The notes: generated by a model from the sequence alone, not told the origin. A DNA stretch of 64,000 nt from Octopus sinensis (GCF_006345805.1 NC_042999.1:143282001-143346000), one strand, 5' to 3'; shown: positions 27,275 to 40,317, counted from the stretch's first letter. Made by a program: numbers and translations.

Positions 27275-27535
27275 ATTTGAAGTGAAAATAAATGTAGATA
27301 GTGTTCCAAATAATTGATTCCTACAATTTTAGATTGAACGGGGTCTAGAGAACAACTACGACGTTGTAGAAATATTGGGTGAATAGTGTATAGCTTGTTG
27401 AACTAAAAACCACTATTGAGGAAAATTGAAAGGAAATTATGGTTAAATCAATATGAATTGACTGAAAATTAATGGAATATTCTAGATAATTGATTTCTGC
27501 TCTCATGAACCGAATGAGGCCGAAACAATAACCAC
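27275..27535. mobile_element. Probable Penelope-like terminal fragment next to (TA)n
   Basis: Degenerate hammerhead-like ctcATGAaccgaatgaggccGAAAcaat near 27502-27530; cctacaat motif in inverted orientation near 27320. Confidence 0.4.
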
Positions 27536-27814
27536 ACCTTTTTACTTTTTTTCTTTTTCTTTTGTTTTTGTTACAAGAGTAAAGGCAGTATCTGAACTAA
27601 TAGCAAGTTACATAGTTTTTCATTTTTTTTTTATATATAAAATCTAATCAACAGGTGTAGATTATATTTCTTTCAATCAACTATCTACCTACTTATTCGC
27701 CCTCTCCACGATACATATATACATACATTCATACATACATACATAATAAATACATACATACATACATACACATGAGCGCGCACACACACACGCTCACACA
27801 CACAGACACACATA

Positions 27815-27856
<42 letters not shown>

Positions 27857-28671
27857 ATGAAAATAGCCGAAGGAAAGTACGTAAAAGAAGTGTTCAGCCC
27901 ATTACATAGACATACCATTGAATCTTACATATATAATGAGCTTTTCACCTAACCGTATTACATATGTGAGACCCTACCCTATGTGTGTGTGTGTGTGTGA
28001 GAGAGAGAGAGCGTGTATACATACATACATGCACATACATACACACACATACACACTTACATATATAGACACATACAAATATATTCATATACACATACTC
28101 ATACACATATATAAAAAAAAACATTATACACGCACACACACACACACACACACACACGCATATGCATATATATGAATGTTGTGTGTATAAAAATTATGAG
28201 CGAGTTTTTGCTTCTATATATGTACATGTCAGGAAATTTTTTGAATTTCCAGATACATTTGTGCTATTATACAGAGTATTCCCTCTAGTTGTCTACATCC
28301 ACGAAACATAACTGACCCCCAAAGAATATGGTTAAATTACACATAATAAATTCTGAACCAAGTACTAGGACAAAAATATTTGAGTAAATCACTAGAAACT
28401 CTGCACCAGGTTGGCTGCAGTCCAGTGACTGGAAGTAATGAATGAATAGAAATATCCTTTGACGTTAGCAGGTAATATTCGCTGAAAATGGCCCAGCACA
28501 TGAGTAGAGTCTGAATCTTTATTTGGCAGCTTTCTATCATGAATGTACACATGATCTTACACCAAGGACAAATTGATGAGAATTATTTCTGAGGTTGCAA
28601 AGTGTATTTATTTCATTTTTGGTGCTGGTGATGAGACTTTTTTTCCTTTATATAAATGTTAGTCTTCAGGT

Positions 28672-29048
28672 GGCACTCTGTCGGTTTCGACGACGAGGGT
28701 TCCAGTTGATCCGATCAATGGAACAGCCTGCTCGTGAAATTAACATACAAGTGGCTGAGCAATCCACAGATACGTATACTCTTAACGTAGTTCTCAGGGA
28801 GATTCAGTGTGACACAGTGTGGCAAGGCTAGCCCGTTGAAATACAGGTACAACAGAGACAGGAAGAAAAATGAGAGAAAGTTGTGGTGAAAGAGTACAAC
28901 AGGATTCGCCACCACCCCCTGCCGGAACCTCGTGGAGCTTTAGGTGTTTTCGCTCAATAAACACTCGCAACGTCCGGTCTGGGAATCGAAACCGCAATCC
29001 TATGACCGCGAGTCCCCTGCCCCAACCACTGGGCCATTGTGCTTCCAC
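28672..29048 (-). mobile_element. tRNA-derived SINE, family C
   Basis: Minus strand gtggaagcacaatggcccagtggttggggcaggggactcgcggtcataggattgcggtttcgattcccagacc (A and B boxes); body shared with 51027. Confidence 0.85.
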
Positions 29049-29264
29049 ACTAGTCTTCAATATACGCAAACATGTATCTGTGATCTCAGGAAATTGCAGG
29101 AGCTAGTCCGTTGTACCTTCCCCGCCTCTTTTAGAGTCTCTGCTTTCATCTGTTACTGACTTATAATTCAAGAGTACCTCAAAGACTGTGTCTCGAGTCT
29201 GTTTCAACTCTTGGCTTAGTCTAACCGTTTGATTCTACTGAAATCAATGTTTATCAGTAATATA

Positions 29265-29460
29265 GGTTTCAAATTTTGGTACAAAGCCATCAATTTTGGG
29301 AGAAGAGGTAAGTCGATTATATCAACCCCTGTACTCATCTGGTACTTATTTTATTGACCATGAAAGGATGAAAGTCAAGATTGACCTCGGCAGCATTTGA
29401 ACTCAGAATCTGAAGACGGACGAAATGCCGCTCAGCATTTTCTCCGGCGTGCTAATGATG
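29265..29460 (-). mobile_element. SINE family A
   Basis: ggtacttattttattgacc..aaaggatgaaagtcaa...gacctcggcagcatttgaactcagaa...cggcgtgcta. Confidence 0.82.
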
Positions 29461-30356
29461 CCTCCAAGTATTTTCCCCGCTTTAATGCTTACCAGTAATA
29501 TTGGCATTTATCTGGTCACGGGTACATCACATTGTTTATACATGCGATATTCAATAACTCAGTCGATCGTATATTTTTTTGTAAACATATCTTTATTGCT
29601 TCATATTGATCTCTCACATTAACACAAGTTCTCCAATTTCAGTGTGCATACAACCGCTATATCGATAATAATAAAAAAAAAGACAAAGATTATCCTAGAG
29701 GGATTTAAATTCAACCTGTTAAGAGTCATGATCAAGTAACGAAAGACAGTAAAAACATGGTGTCCACTTTTCTAACAATTCTGACAATGCACCTATATTG
29801 TGTATAACAACCATATTCTTTGAGGTCAGTCTTAGTGGAATTCCAGTGAAATTACAAGTAACTATTGGGCTGTCAACTCTATTATGTTATATGGATGCTG
29901 ACATCCAGAGAGAATACTATAAGTAACGGCAAAATTAATGTGGCTATTTGAAAAATTTTTAGATATGTCCATACACACACGCTTGCGCACACACAGTTAT
30001 ATTTATATATGAACACTCGCGCATAATTTATACATGCACACTAAATATATATTATTAGTTGACAAATAAACGTAACCTAATACTGTAGGTTTCTCTTACA
30101 GAACCTTTTTCATTTCCTCAAGAACAGTTCTGAATGCGTTACTTTATAACATACATACAACGTACCAATATATGTATGTACATATATATAGGTATATATA
30201 TATTATATATATATATATAGTGTGTGTGTATGTGTATGTGTATGACATATAAGTGTATGCATATATCTACGTGCACACACGAACACTAACATGCACATAA
30301 GAAAAGATGGACAACAATTCAAGTCAACGCATGTTACAAATGTTTCGACACCATCG

Positions 30357-30413
<57 letters not shown>

Positions 30414-30544
30414 CTATATATATATATGTATATACTATATATATGTATATATATATAGATATATATATATATGTATGTATGTATGCATGTATGTATGTAT
30501 GTATGTCTATATATATATATTTATGTGTATATATATATATATAT

Positions 30545-30595
<51 letters not shown>

Positions 30596-30621
30596 AATAT
30601 ATATGTGTGTGTGTGTGTGTG

Positions 30622-30655
<34 letters not shown>

Positions 30656-30659
30656 TAGA

Positions 30660-31304
30660 CAGAATGAGATAGCAAAGCCAAGGCTGTGAGGAGTTTTCAG
30701 GACATTTATAATGAAATATTCTTACAGCTGTTTCTGGGATATTATGGATATAATGTGGAAGAGGGCTGGTGACCTTGACGTGTGCGTGTGTATATGTGTA
30801 GGTGTGAAGATGTAGGGCTGGGAAGTGGTCAGTGCTAGTGCTTGCGTGGTGGTATGATGTGATGTCTTGTGTGGTATGGCGGTGTATGGTGTAGCGGTGT
30901 GTGGTGTGGTGTGATGGTGTTGGGAGGTGGGGGAGGTGAGCGTGGGGAAAGTAAGGGTGGGATGTGGGTTAATCTGAGGGAGGGGTAGAGGATGGGGGTA
31001 TGTGAGTAGGCAGAGGTGGGGGTGGATGTGTGGTATTGGTGGGGGGGGGGTTACGTAACGAGGGAGGGGTGACGATGAAGGGGGAAGGAGTAGGTGGGTA
31101 GGAGTGAAGAGAAGAGAGCAGGAGAGTAGGAGTTAAGAGAAGTAGGAGTCGGAGCAAGAGAGGAGAGGTGGGTGGAAGAAGTAGATGTGAGGGGGAGAGA
31201 GGCGAGCTGAGGAGGTTAGATGAAGAGGGAAGAGAGTTGAGCCCATGTGGCGCAAAGGAGCGAAGAGAGATTAATCCCTGTTCACTTCGCAAACGGGAGT
31301 TCAT
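30660..31304 (-). mobile_element. Penelope-like element 3' fragment (GIY-YIG endonuclease C-terminus, low-complexity UTR, pseudo-LTR remnant)
   Basis: NSRLRSEQGLISLRSFAPHGLN fits the R..E..LI..L....P.GLN end of PLE GIY-YIG domains; downstream ataatatcccaGAAAcagctgtaag looks like the 3' half of a hammerhead; bounded by (TA)n/(TG)n. Confidence 0.72.
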
Positions 31305-32369
31305 ATATATATATACATATATATATATATGAACACAAAAGTATGTCTGTATGCATATATTTACATCCTCGTTACTTACAGATGGAACTATTCCTCAAAA
31401 CTAATCAGAATGGTTAAAGAAAGTGGTAGTGGGGTTGCGAGTATTGTGCGTGGTTAGCGTTTAATTATGATTTACTACATGTTAGTAATTGGATAGACAC
31501 ATTGACAATTAGGAAGTTCCAGATAAATGTAATTCTGTCGGTTGGTGAGGAGCGTGCGCTTTGGGTGCAGGTGGGGAGCGGGGGGGGGGCTTGGGCGATC
31601 TGTTGGGAAAGTACTTTTGATATAGGCTATCGAGTAAAAGTAGGGTGGTGGTAGTATGTAAGCGAGAATTAAGCGAGGAGGTGACTGAATCGAGTAGTTT
31701 TGAAATGTGTGGTTGTTGTCGTTGTTGTTGTTGTTGTGGTGGTGGTGTTTAGATGTCGGAAAAAAAGGAACATCCGTATAAATAGTTCGATAGAAAACGG
31801 AAGAACAATCGATCAACATGGCAGCTTGGTCAGGGAAGGAAATGACTACGGAGATAAAAGATAAATTTTCCAACTTGTCATTCATAGGTAACCTGATTCC
31901 TTTCTAAATTATGGTTTCAGCAGCAACAGAGGCAGCAGTTACGACAGCAACATTATGAGGAACAACACCGATAATAACGTTAGGACCTACAACAACAGCA
32001 ACAACAATAACAAATAACAGCAAGAAATGGCTATTGCTCTCCTCACCAACAACAGCAGTACCACCAGGACCACAACCAATACTGACATCAGCAATACTTA
32101 TACAACCAAAACCACGTCCACGACCACCACCAACACTAAGACCACCATTGTCACTAGTATTACTACAAAGTACACCCCATCAACAAAAAAAAAAAAAAAT
32201 CACAGCAGCAACCACAGCGACAATAACAAAACTATTCTTATCATCGTTATCACCAACACAAACAAGAATTACAATAGTAACAACAGTAGTAACATTTAGT
32301 AATACCAATATTATTATCATTACTACCGACAACAATACTGATGCCGTTGCAGCCGTCGCTGACAATGAG

Positions 32370-32575
32370 ATGGAAGCTAGCCTCTACATGTTGCTCGATC
32401 TGTTAGAAACAATGACCTCACATATCATCCTAACATATCCAAAAATGAACGAAACATTGGATTATGTAGCTCTAGACACAACATATCTGGGGGAAAAGGA
32501 CGGGATTGTCATGACTGTAATGGAGTTTGATCGATCATACATTTGCTCAGCGAGGGTTGACAATGACTGAACAAA
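32370..32575 (+). repeat. Family D interspersed repeat
   Basis: acattggattatgtagctctaga...gggattgtcatgactgtaatggagtttgatcgatcata...ggttgac. Confidence 0.5.
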
Positions 32576-34531
32576 GATAATGATTTCAACTCAACATATT
32601 CACAAGATCCACTGCCATTCCAGAAATACTAGCGTCACCATAAGTAACCCTTCCACCAAACATTTTTACCACCAGCACTGATGTCAATAACAATTGTGCC
32701 ACTCATTAGTAAAAGACTACAACAATACAGCCTATAAATTTGATACTGTAGTCCTACAGTAGGATGGTCAGTTAGTGGTCAAAGCCTTTAATCATAGCTT
32801 TACTTTGTAAGGGCTGACCCGAAAGAAAACTAAAACAACGCATCACTGTGTGTATGTGTGTGTGTGTATACATACATAGATACACACACACACCACACAC
32901 ACACACACACCACACACTATATATATATATATATTTGTGTATTAAGGCTACCATTGGTTTCATGTTACGAAAAATATCTTAATATCCTAACAATTTTTTA
33001 GGTGAACCACATGGAGGAATGACGTTTGTCTTCATTTTGGATAAAAACATCATCCAAAATAGAGACGAACACCATTCCTCCATGAGATCGGCTTGAAAAA
33101 TCGTTATCTGCTCCTTTCCCCAATTTTGGATTCCTATTTGCATACACTTGCTAACCGTAAGCTACAAAACAATTTTTTCAGCTTATCGAACTTCGATTCA
33201 GAAAAATATTACAACCTTCTATGTCAATAAACCACTATTATTCCTGAAAGCTGCTTTTTATACCTTTTACGAACTGCTCGAAACTTACTATCTTCCCATC
33301 TTTGTTACTCATTTATATTTTATTAACCTAACTTCGAATCTGCACTTCGGAAATACTATAGAAAGTAACTTTATATAAAGTACATGTCTGCATTACCAAG
33401 AGCGGATATCTTCACTTAGCTGGGTTGTGTTGTATTCACACACGGCAGGAATATCGGGTGCAAACACCCCTGCACAGAGTCTTGATATTCAATATTCAAT
33501 TGATATTATTTGGGTTCGCGGATTATACCGACATAGCAAGGTGCCTCAATTTAAGTACCTAATTCAACGATATCTTAATTATATTTCATAAATATTATAT
33601 ATATATGAAGATAGGTGTGTAAAAATACTATATCGCTCAAAAATGTAATGGTTGGTAAATATTTGTATTTAGGACTAAGATCTGCATACCAATGTTTTTT
33701 TTTTCAAGGAAGTAAAAGCACATCTAATTATCCGGAAGTAAAAGCTTGTCTAATTATCTTAGTGCTGCGGTACTAAATTGCGAAACCTAAAGAAAGTGGA
33801 TTATTATTAGCTGATGTGCAAAGTTAATCTATCAGCCAACAATGTTTACACGGTGCGGCCCATTTTTACATTGAACGATTCAGATCCGTGCTAACTAGTA
33901 GCAACCAGAGACATCAGAGAGATATAAGAATTTGGGAAGGCAAATAAACTTTCCCACAGAAGAGAATCGGTAAGCAACTTTGTGTCTGAATCTACCTAAC
34001 CAATACAGAGCTTTTTCCTCGCCTAGTTAGTTACCTGATAAGCCTTCCCGCACATTGTAATTAGGCATTTTGTATCTTCAGACTAACTTGGTACAAGAGC
34101 TTGGAGAAGTAGGGAGCTCCCCACACCCTGGAAAGAAGCAAAAAATAATGTGTGTGTTGACATACTCTAATGGATACGTCGCTGCACTTAACAATTACTG
34201 TCCTCCTCCTCGTCCTCGTCCTCGTCCTCCTTCTCCTCCTCCTCCTCCTCCTCCTCCTCCTCTCCTCCTTCTCTCCTCCTCCTCCCCCTCCTCCTCCTTC
34301 TTCTTCTTCTCTTCTCTTCTTCTCTTCTTCTCTTCTCTTCTTCCTTTTCTTCTTCTTTTCCTCTTTCTTCTTCTTCTTCTTCTTCTTCCTTCTTCTTCTT
34401 CTTCTTCTTCTTCTTCTTCTTCTTCTATTTTACAATTTTTTAACTCTCCCACCTTCATTCTTAACATCCTCTCTCATAGGAGGCACACACTAATCATAAA
34501 ACACACACACATACACACACAGATACACACA

Positions 34532-34582
<51 letters not shown>

Positions 34583-34843
34583 ACAGACTATCCCAAGTAT
34601 TTGTTTTCAAGATTTTCGCAGCAATTTTCTGTGTCCAAATATGTACTTTAGCAATAGATTTATTTTTCTTGCAAGCTACCGTTCCATTATTGACACAGGA
34701 AACTTCGTCAAGACAACAACATCCAGTTGGTAAACAACAACAAACATAAGAATAACAAGGGGTAAAATCCAATAAAGTATTGGAAAACAAAGCAAAATAC
34801 AGAGACATTATTTTCTCTCTCTTGCTATATTACTTCTCTGACG

Positions 34844-34930
<87 letters not shown>

Positions 34931-35316
34931 CTATCTATCTATCTATCTATCTACCAACCAATCTATCTTGATGTCAATGTATGTAACTATGCATGTATCT
35001 ATCTCGCTGTTTTTGTCTGTTTATCTGTCTCTGTCTCTCTGTTTGTCTGTCTATTCATGAATCTGTTTTTCTATCAATTTGCCTACCGCCATTTACATCT
35101 TCTGTTCCTCCGTATTTATAAATACCATCAACAAACACATCTCGATTAAATTATATGTGTTTTATGAGTCTCTAGATAAATAATTACGATGAATAGCTGT
35201 ACTTGAATGTGTACATACGCTTCTCTACCATCCTCTCTCTCTGTCTCTCTCACACATTCATATGTGTATTTGTGTGTGTGTATATATATTATATATATAT
35301 ATAGATATATATATAT

Positions 35317-35532
35317 CTTTACTCTCTTTTACTTGTTTCAGTCATTTGACTGCGGCCATGCTGGAGCACCGCCTTTAATCGAGCAACTCGACCCCAGAAC
35401 TTATTCTTTGTAAGCCCAGTACTTATTCTATCGGTCTCTTTTGCCGAACCGCTAAGTAACGGGGACATAAACACACCAGCATCGGTTGTCAAGCGATGTT
35501 CGGGGGACAAACACAGACACACAAACAAACAC

Positions 35533-35565
<33 letters not shown>

Positions 35566-35733
35566 CATATATACGACAGGGTTCTTTCCAGTTTCCGTCT
35601 ACCAAATCCACTCACAAGGCATTGGTCGCCCGGGCTATAGCAGAGGACACTTGCCCAAGATGCCACGCAGTGAGACTGAACCCGGAACCATGTGGTTGGT
35701 TAGCAAGCTACTTACCACACAGCCACTCCTGCG

Positions 35734-35738
<5 letters not shown>
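35317..35738 (-). mobile_element. SINE family B, full length
   Basis: Complete head, CORE-like motif, internal (TA)/(TG) tract and aagtaaaagagagtaaag tail. Confidence 0.92.
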
Positions 35739-35805
<67 letters not shown>

Positions 35806-35964
35806 CATAACAGGTACCCATTTTTCAAATTTATCTTAAATATGTAAGGATGCGCGGATCTTGTGCATCTCTTTCTTTCTTCTTGCTCCCCATCTCTCTA
35901 CTCAATCTCTATTTGTCTATGTAAGTTTGTGCTATGTGCTCATGTGTGTGCATGCATATATTAT

Positions 35965-36290
35965 CTTTTATCTTTCAGTCATTAGGCTGAAGGCATAGCG
36001 GGGCATCACCTTGAAGGGTTTAAGTCGAACAAATCGATCCCACTACTGTTCTTTTTATTTTGTTTTTAAGTTACTTTCTTATTCTTCTGGTCTTTTCTCT
36101 TTTTGCCGAAACACTAAGTTTCGAAGCAAATCAAAGCCGGTTGTCAAGAGAGCAAACACAACCCCCCCAAACACATACACTCATTTATGTATATACGACA
36201 AGTTTATTTCAGTTTCTGTCATATAAATCCGCTCACAAGGCTTTGGTCGACCCGGAGTTATAGTAGAAGACACTTACCCAAGTTGCTACA
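35965..36290 (-). mobile_element. Diverged SINE family B
   Basis: tttcagtcatt...ttttgccgaa...cggttgtcaag...ctcacaaggctttggtcgacccgg...agaagacactt. Confidence 0.75.
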
Positions 36291-36428
36291 GTTTAATAGT
36301 CCCAACGCACGAAACTCTTGTGTGCAGAGTCACTCTGTTACTTCAGCTAAATATTAATAAAAATATACATATACTCATATTTTGAGTTCTATTTTTCCTA
36401 TTTGCATCAACATACGTGTATGCATGTG

Positions 36429-37424
36429 TGTATATGGGAAAGAATGCTTGAATGAAAGAACTTGCAGAAGATGGCTTGCAAAATTCAGAAGTGGAGATTT
36501 CAGCTTTGAAGATGAACATCGAACAGGACGTACAGTTGAGTTTGATTATAAGCTCCTTGAGACATTACTTGCAGAAAGTCGTGCATTATCAGTTGAAGAA
36601 TTGGTAATAAAGCTTAGTTTAAACCATACAACTGTTCATCGTCATCTTCAACAACTTGGAAAATGGGTGCCTCATGAATTATCCGAAAGCAACTGCAAAT
36701 CCCAAATTGACATCTGCTCTTCTCTCCATTCTTGCGAACTCATTTCACCCTATTTGGATAGACTTGTGACTGGTGACGAAGAATGGATCTTCTATAGAAA
36801 TGTTAAACGTCCTAAACAGTGGCTTGGTAAAAGGGAAAAAGCTCAACCACAAGCGAGAAGGGAACTTCAAGGGAAAAAGCTTCTTCTCTCTATCTGGTGG
36901 GATTGCAAAGGAGTAATTCACTTTGAATTGTTACCACCTAATGCAACATTCAATCCTCAAGTCTACTGTCAGCAATTAGAGCGTTTGAACCAAGCTTTGA
37001 AGGAAAAAAGACCCGCTTTAGTGAATCGAAAAGGAGTGATGTTTCATCAGGACAATGCACGACCCCACACTGCAAAGATCACATCACAGAAGATCGAAGA
37101 GCTTGGTTGGGAAAAAATTCTTCATCCACCTTATTCTCCCGACCTTGCTCCTTCAGACTACCATTTGTTCCGTAGTTTACAGAATCATTTGTGAGGACGT
37201 AACTTTCGCAAGCAAGGAGGAGGTTGAAACTGACATTTCAGAGTTCTTCGCTTTGAAACCAGAAGAGTTTTACATTGATGGGATTAAAAAGCTTGTAAAT
37301 AGATGGAAGGAAGTCATAGATAATCAGGGAATGTACATTGAATATTAAATTTCAATTAAATATAACATTTGATCACTTGTTTTCTTTATTCAAAATTTGA
37401 AAAGAACTTATTGGATGATCTGAT
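36429..37424 (+). pseudogene. Mariner (DD34D) transposon, 5'-truncated, with frameshifted transposase
   Basis: WVPHEL, VTGDEEW, HQDNARPH and YSPDLAPSDYHLF motifs with 34 residues between the 2nd and 3rd Asp; +1 frameshift near 37192 (continues EDVTF...GIKKLVNRWKEVIDNQGMYIEY* to 37348); right TIR-like gaacttattggatgatctgat; N-terminal HTH and left TIR missing. Confidence 0.93.
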
Positions 37425-37545
37425 CTCTCTCTCTCTCTTTCTCTCTCTCTCTTCTTCTCTCTCTCAGTATCCTCTCGCTTTCTCTCTCTCTCTTTCTCTC
37501 TCTCTCTATATTATATACATACAAAAATATACATCATACACACAT

Positions 37546-37584
<39 letters not shown>

Positions 37585-37855
37585 ATATATATATATATTA
37601 TATATGTATATTATATATATATATGTATATGTATGTGTATGTGAGTATACATATATATCTATATATATATACACACACACACATATATATGTATGTGCGT
37701 GTGTGTGTGTTTGTGTCTGTGTATCTATGTATGAAAGTCGCACGCATAAACATACACACACACGCACACACACCATGCATACACAGAAACATATGCATAT
37801 ACTTACATTTACGTGCGACATGTGTATATACAGACTTGAAAATATGCCTCGTACA

Positions 37856-37888
<33 letters not shown>

Positions 37889-38213
37889 GCATACAAATAT
37901 ACATAGTGTAAAGATCAGGAGAACGTGTGTATGCTCTTTCCTTATATCAAGCCACAAAGAACGTGGTTTAAGCTAGCCTGAGGACTGACATCTTGACTAG
38001 TTGTGTGATGTCAAATGAAGATTTTTGGAATACCATCACATTCATCCGGATAACTAATAGATATTTAAAATCAGTCGACTTATAGGCCTATGTTCGACAT
38101 ACTTTGTACATATTCGCATATAGGCACGCGCGCACACACACACACACACTCACACACTCACATCATGCATACGTATGTGTGTATATATCCCCTCCCCCAC
38201 CACACGCACATAT

Positions 38214-38590
38214 ATAGGCGCACACGTGGCTGTAAGGTAAAAAGTTTGCTTCCCAATCACATGACTCTGGGTTCAGTTCCACTGAGTGGCAACATGTGAG
38301 TGGACATAGTTGAGGGAACTGAAAGAAACACATAAGGCGAGATGGCAGAAACGTTAGCACGCCAGGCAAAATGCTTAGCGATATTTCGTCTGCCGCTACG
38401 TTCTGAGTTCAAATTCCGCCGAGGTTGACTTTACCTTTCCTTCTTTCGGGGTCAATTAAATAAGTACCAGTTACGCACTGGAGTCGATATAATCGACTTA
38501 ATCCGTTTGTCTGTCCTTGTTTGTCCCCTCTGTGTAGCCCCTTGTGGGTAGTAAAGAAATAGGAAACTGAAAGAAACACGTCGTATATAT
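38214..38590 (+). mobile_element. Degenerate SINE family B head interrupted by a family A copy
   Basis: ataggcgcacacgtggctgtaaggtaaaaagtttgcttcccaatcac...gggttcagttccactg; resumes at gaaactgaaagaaacacgtcgtatata. Confidence 0.75.
38332..38564 (+). mobile_element. SINE family A with 15-bp TSD
   Basis: Full unit ggcgagatggcagaaacgttagcacgcc...gtagtaaagaaatagg flanked by aactgaaagaaacac at 38317-38331 and 38565-38579. Confidence 0.9.
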
Positions 38591-39361
38591 ACAAAATTTG
38601 ATAAGTATCAACGCACGATACTCTCGGACCTTGAGTTACTATGTTACTGTTGCTAAATATTAATAAAATATATACATACATATATATTATATATTTTATA
38701 TTGATATCACACACAAACACACATGACTGTATAAACGTTTGTGTCCAAAAGTTTGTGTGTGCGCATATAAATGAAATAAAGATGTGATATAAAAAATAAA
38801 TCAGAGCAGCAAAAAAGAGGATGTGTATATTAAATGATATACAAGATTAATTCTCGATTTATTAAAATCACCTCCGTTTCCAGAGACAGGACAGTTGACC
38901 ATTCACTTTAGTGACAATCGGTACCAACACCAAATGAAAAGAGAGGAGATGCAAATACCATTACTATCTTTCAGTTATAGATAGTAACAATGAGACAACT
39001 TCGTCCTCAGAATTTAAGCCGAACATGACCTCAGACGTGACAAGTGTGATGATGTTTATTTCTACAGGAGCTTATTTAGTCAAATCTTTAAAAATACTAG
39101 TCTTTAGTGTGTAACGTATCACTGACCTCCACAAACCACGCTATTCCTATTTAACTACCATTAGAGATATAAATACAACGGTTGGTATATTTAGAAAACT
39201 GCAGCTCTTGTAAACTCAGCTTGTTTTTAAAGATTGATTAAACATGAAGACTTTAGTTAGTTGATTTTCTACTAAGGCACGAGGCTAATTTCTTTAGTGA
39301 GAAAAGCAGGTAATTTAATGGTAATTCAGTGTATAATTAGTTCATGTTTTTTATCGTTTGT

Positions 39362-39902
39362 CTTTTACTTGTTTCCGTTATTAGACTGCGGCCATAGTGG
39401 AGCACCGTCCTGAAAGATGTTTAGTTGAGTGAATCGACCCCGGTACTTATTTTTAAAAAAAAAATAGAGCCCACACTAATCCATAGGTAGGAGAGGTGCA
39501 GCCGGAGGGAAAGATGTCCAAAAGAGAATCCGTAAAAGGTAGAAAGGTAGAAAGTCCAGTGGAAAAGTTCGTGGGTGATAAGAGGAGACAGGATCAACTG
39601 GTGCGATCACGTGAGCGTGTGATATATGGGGAGAATTCACGAAACCCCCCCCCCAAAAACAACAAAAGACGAAGACAGGTGGTGTAGAACATAGATGTAT
39701 TAGTATAACGCTCAGGAATTGAAAAAGTCTTTTACGTTTCGAGCCTACGCTCTTCCACAGAAAGGAACACAACCTGGTACTTATTCTATTGATCTCTTTT
39801 GTTAAACCGCTAAGTTACGGGGACGTAAACACATCAACATCGGTTGTCAAGTGATGATGGGTTGGGTTCAAACAAACACAAAGACACACACATAAATATA
39901 TA

Positions 39903-39941
<39 letters not shown>

Positions 39942-39960
39942 ATGTATGTATGTATGTATG

Positions 39961-40019
<59 letters not shown>

Positions 40020-40190
40020 ATGCAACAGGCTTTTTTCAGTTTCCGTCTACCAAATCCACTCACAAGGCTTTAGTCGGCCTGAGGCTATAGTAGGAGACAC
40101 TTGCCCAAGGTGCCATGCACTGGAACTGAATCCGGAACCAAATGCGGTTGGGAAGCAAACTTCTTACCACACAGCCACCCCTGCACCTAA
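39362..40190 (-). mobile_element. SINE family B interrupted by a Penelope-like fragment
   Basis: Tail at 39362-39455, body and head at 39773-40190, internal (TATC)/(TCTG) expansion. Confidence 0.85.
39468..39772 (-). mobile_element. Penelope-like pseudo-LTR fragment with a minimal hammerhead-like motif
   Basis: Minus strand cctttCTGTGGAagagcgtaggctcGAAAcgtaaaag...cctgagcgttatactaatac; similar to 25880 and 58617. Confidence 0.7.
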
Positions 40191-40263
40191 ACGTGGTTTA
40201 TCAAAATGAGAAACAACACATATAGTTAAATCAATAGAGTGGTGTTTGAGCCAAACCCTGCCC

Positions 40264-40317
<54 letters not shown>

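Noticed and set aside
32027-32570. Thr/Asn-rich mucin-like ORFs
   Set aside because: Decayed (ACA/ACC)n trinucleotide sequence running into a family D repeat; no convincing splice structure
34070-34651. Poly-Pro/Ser/Leu 193-aa ORF
   Set aside because: Built from (CCT)n, (CTT)n and (CA)n microsatellites
36382-36428. N-terminus of the 270-aa transposase ORF
   Set aside because: Flanking non-transposon sequence starting at a TTG; the real mariner N-terminus is deleted
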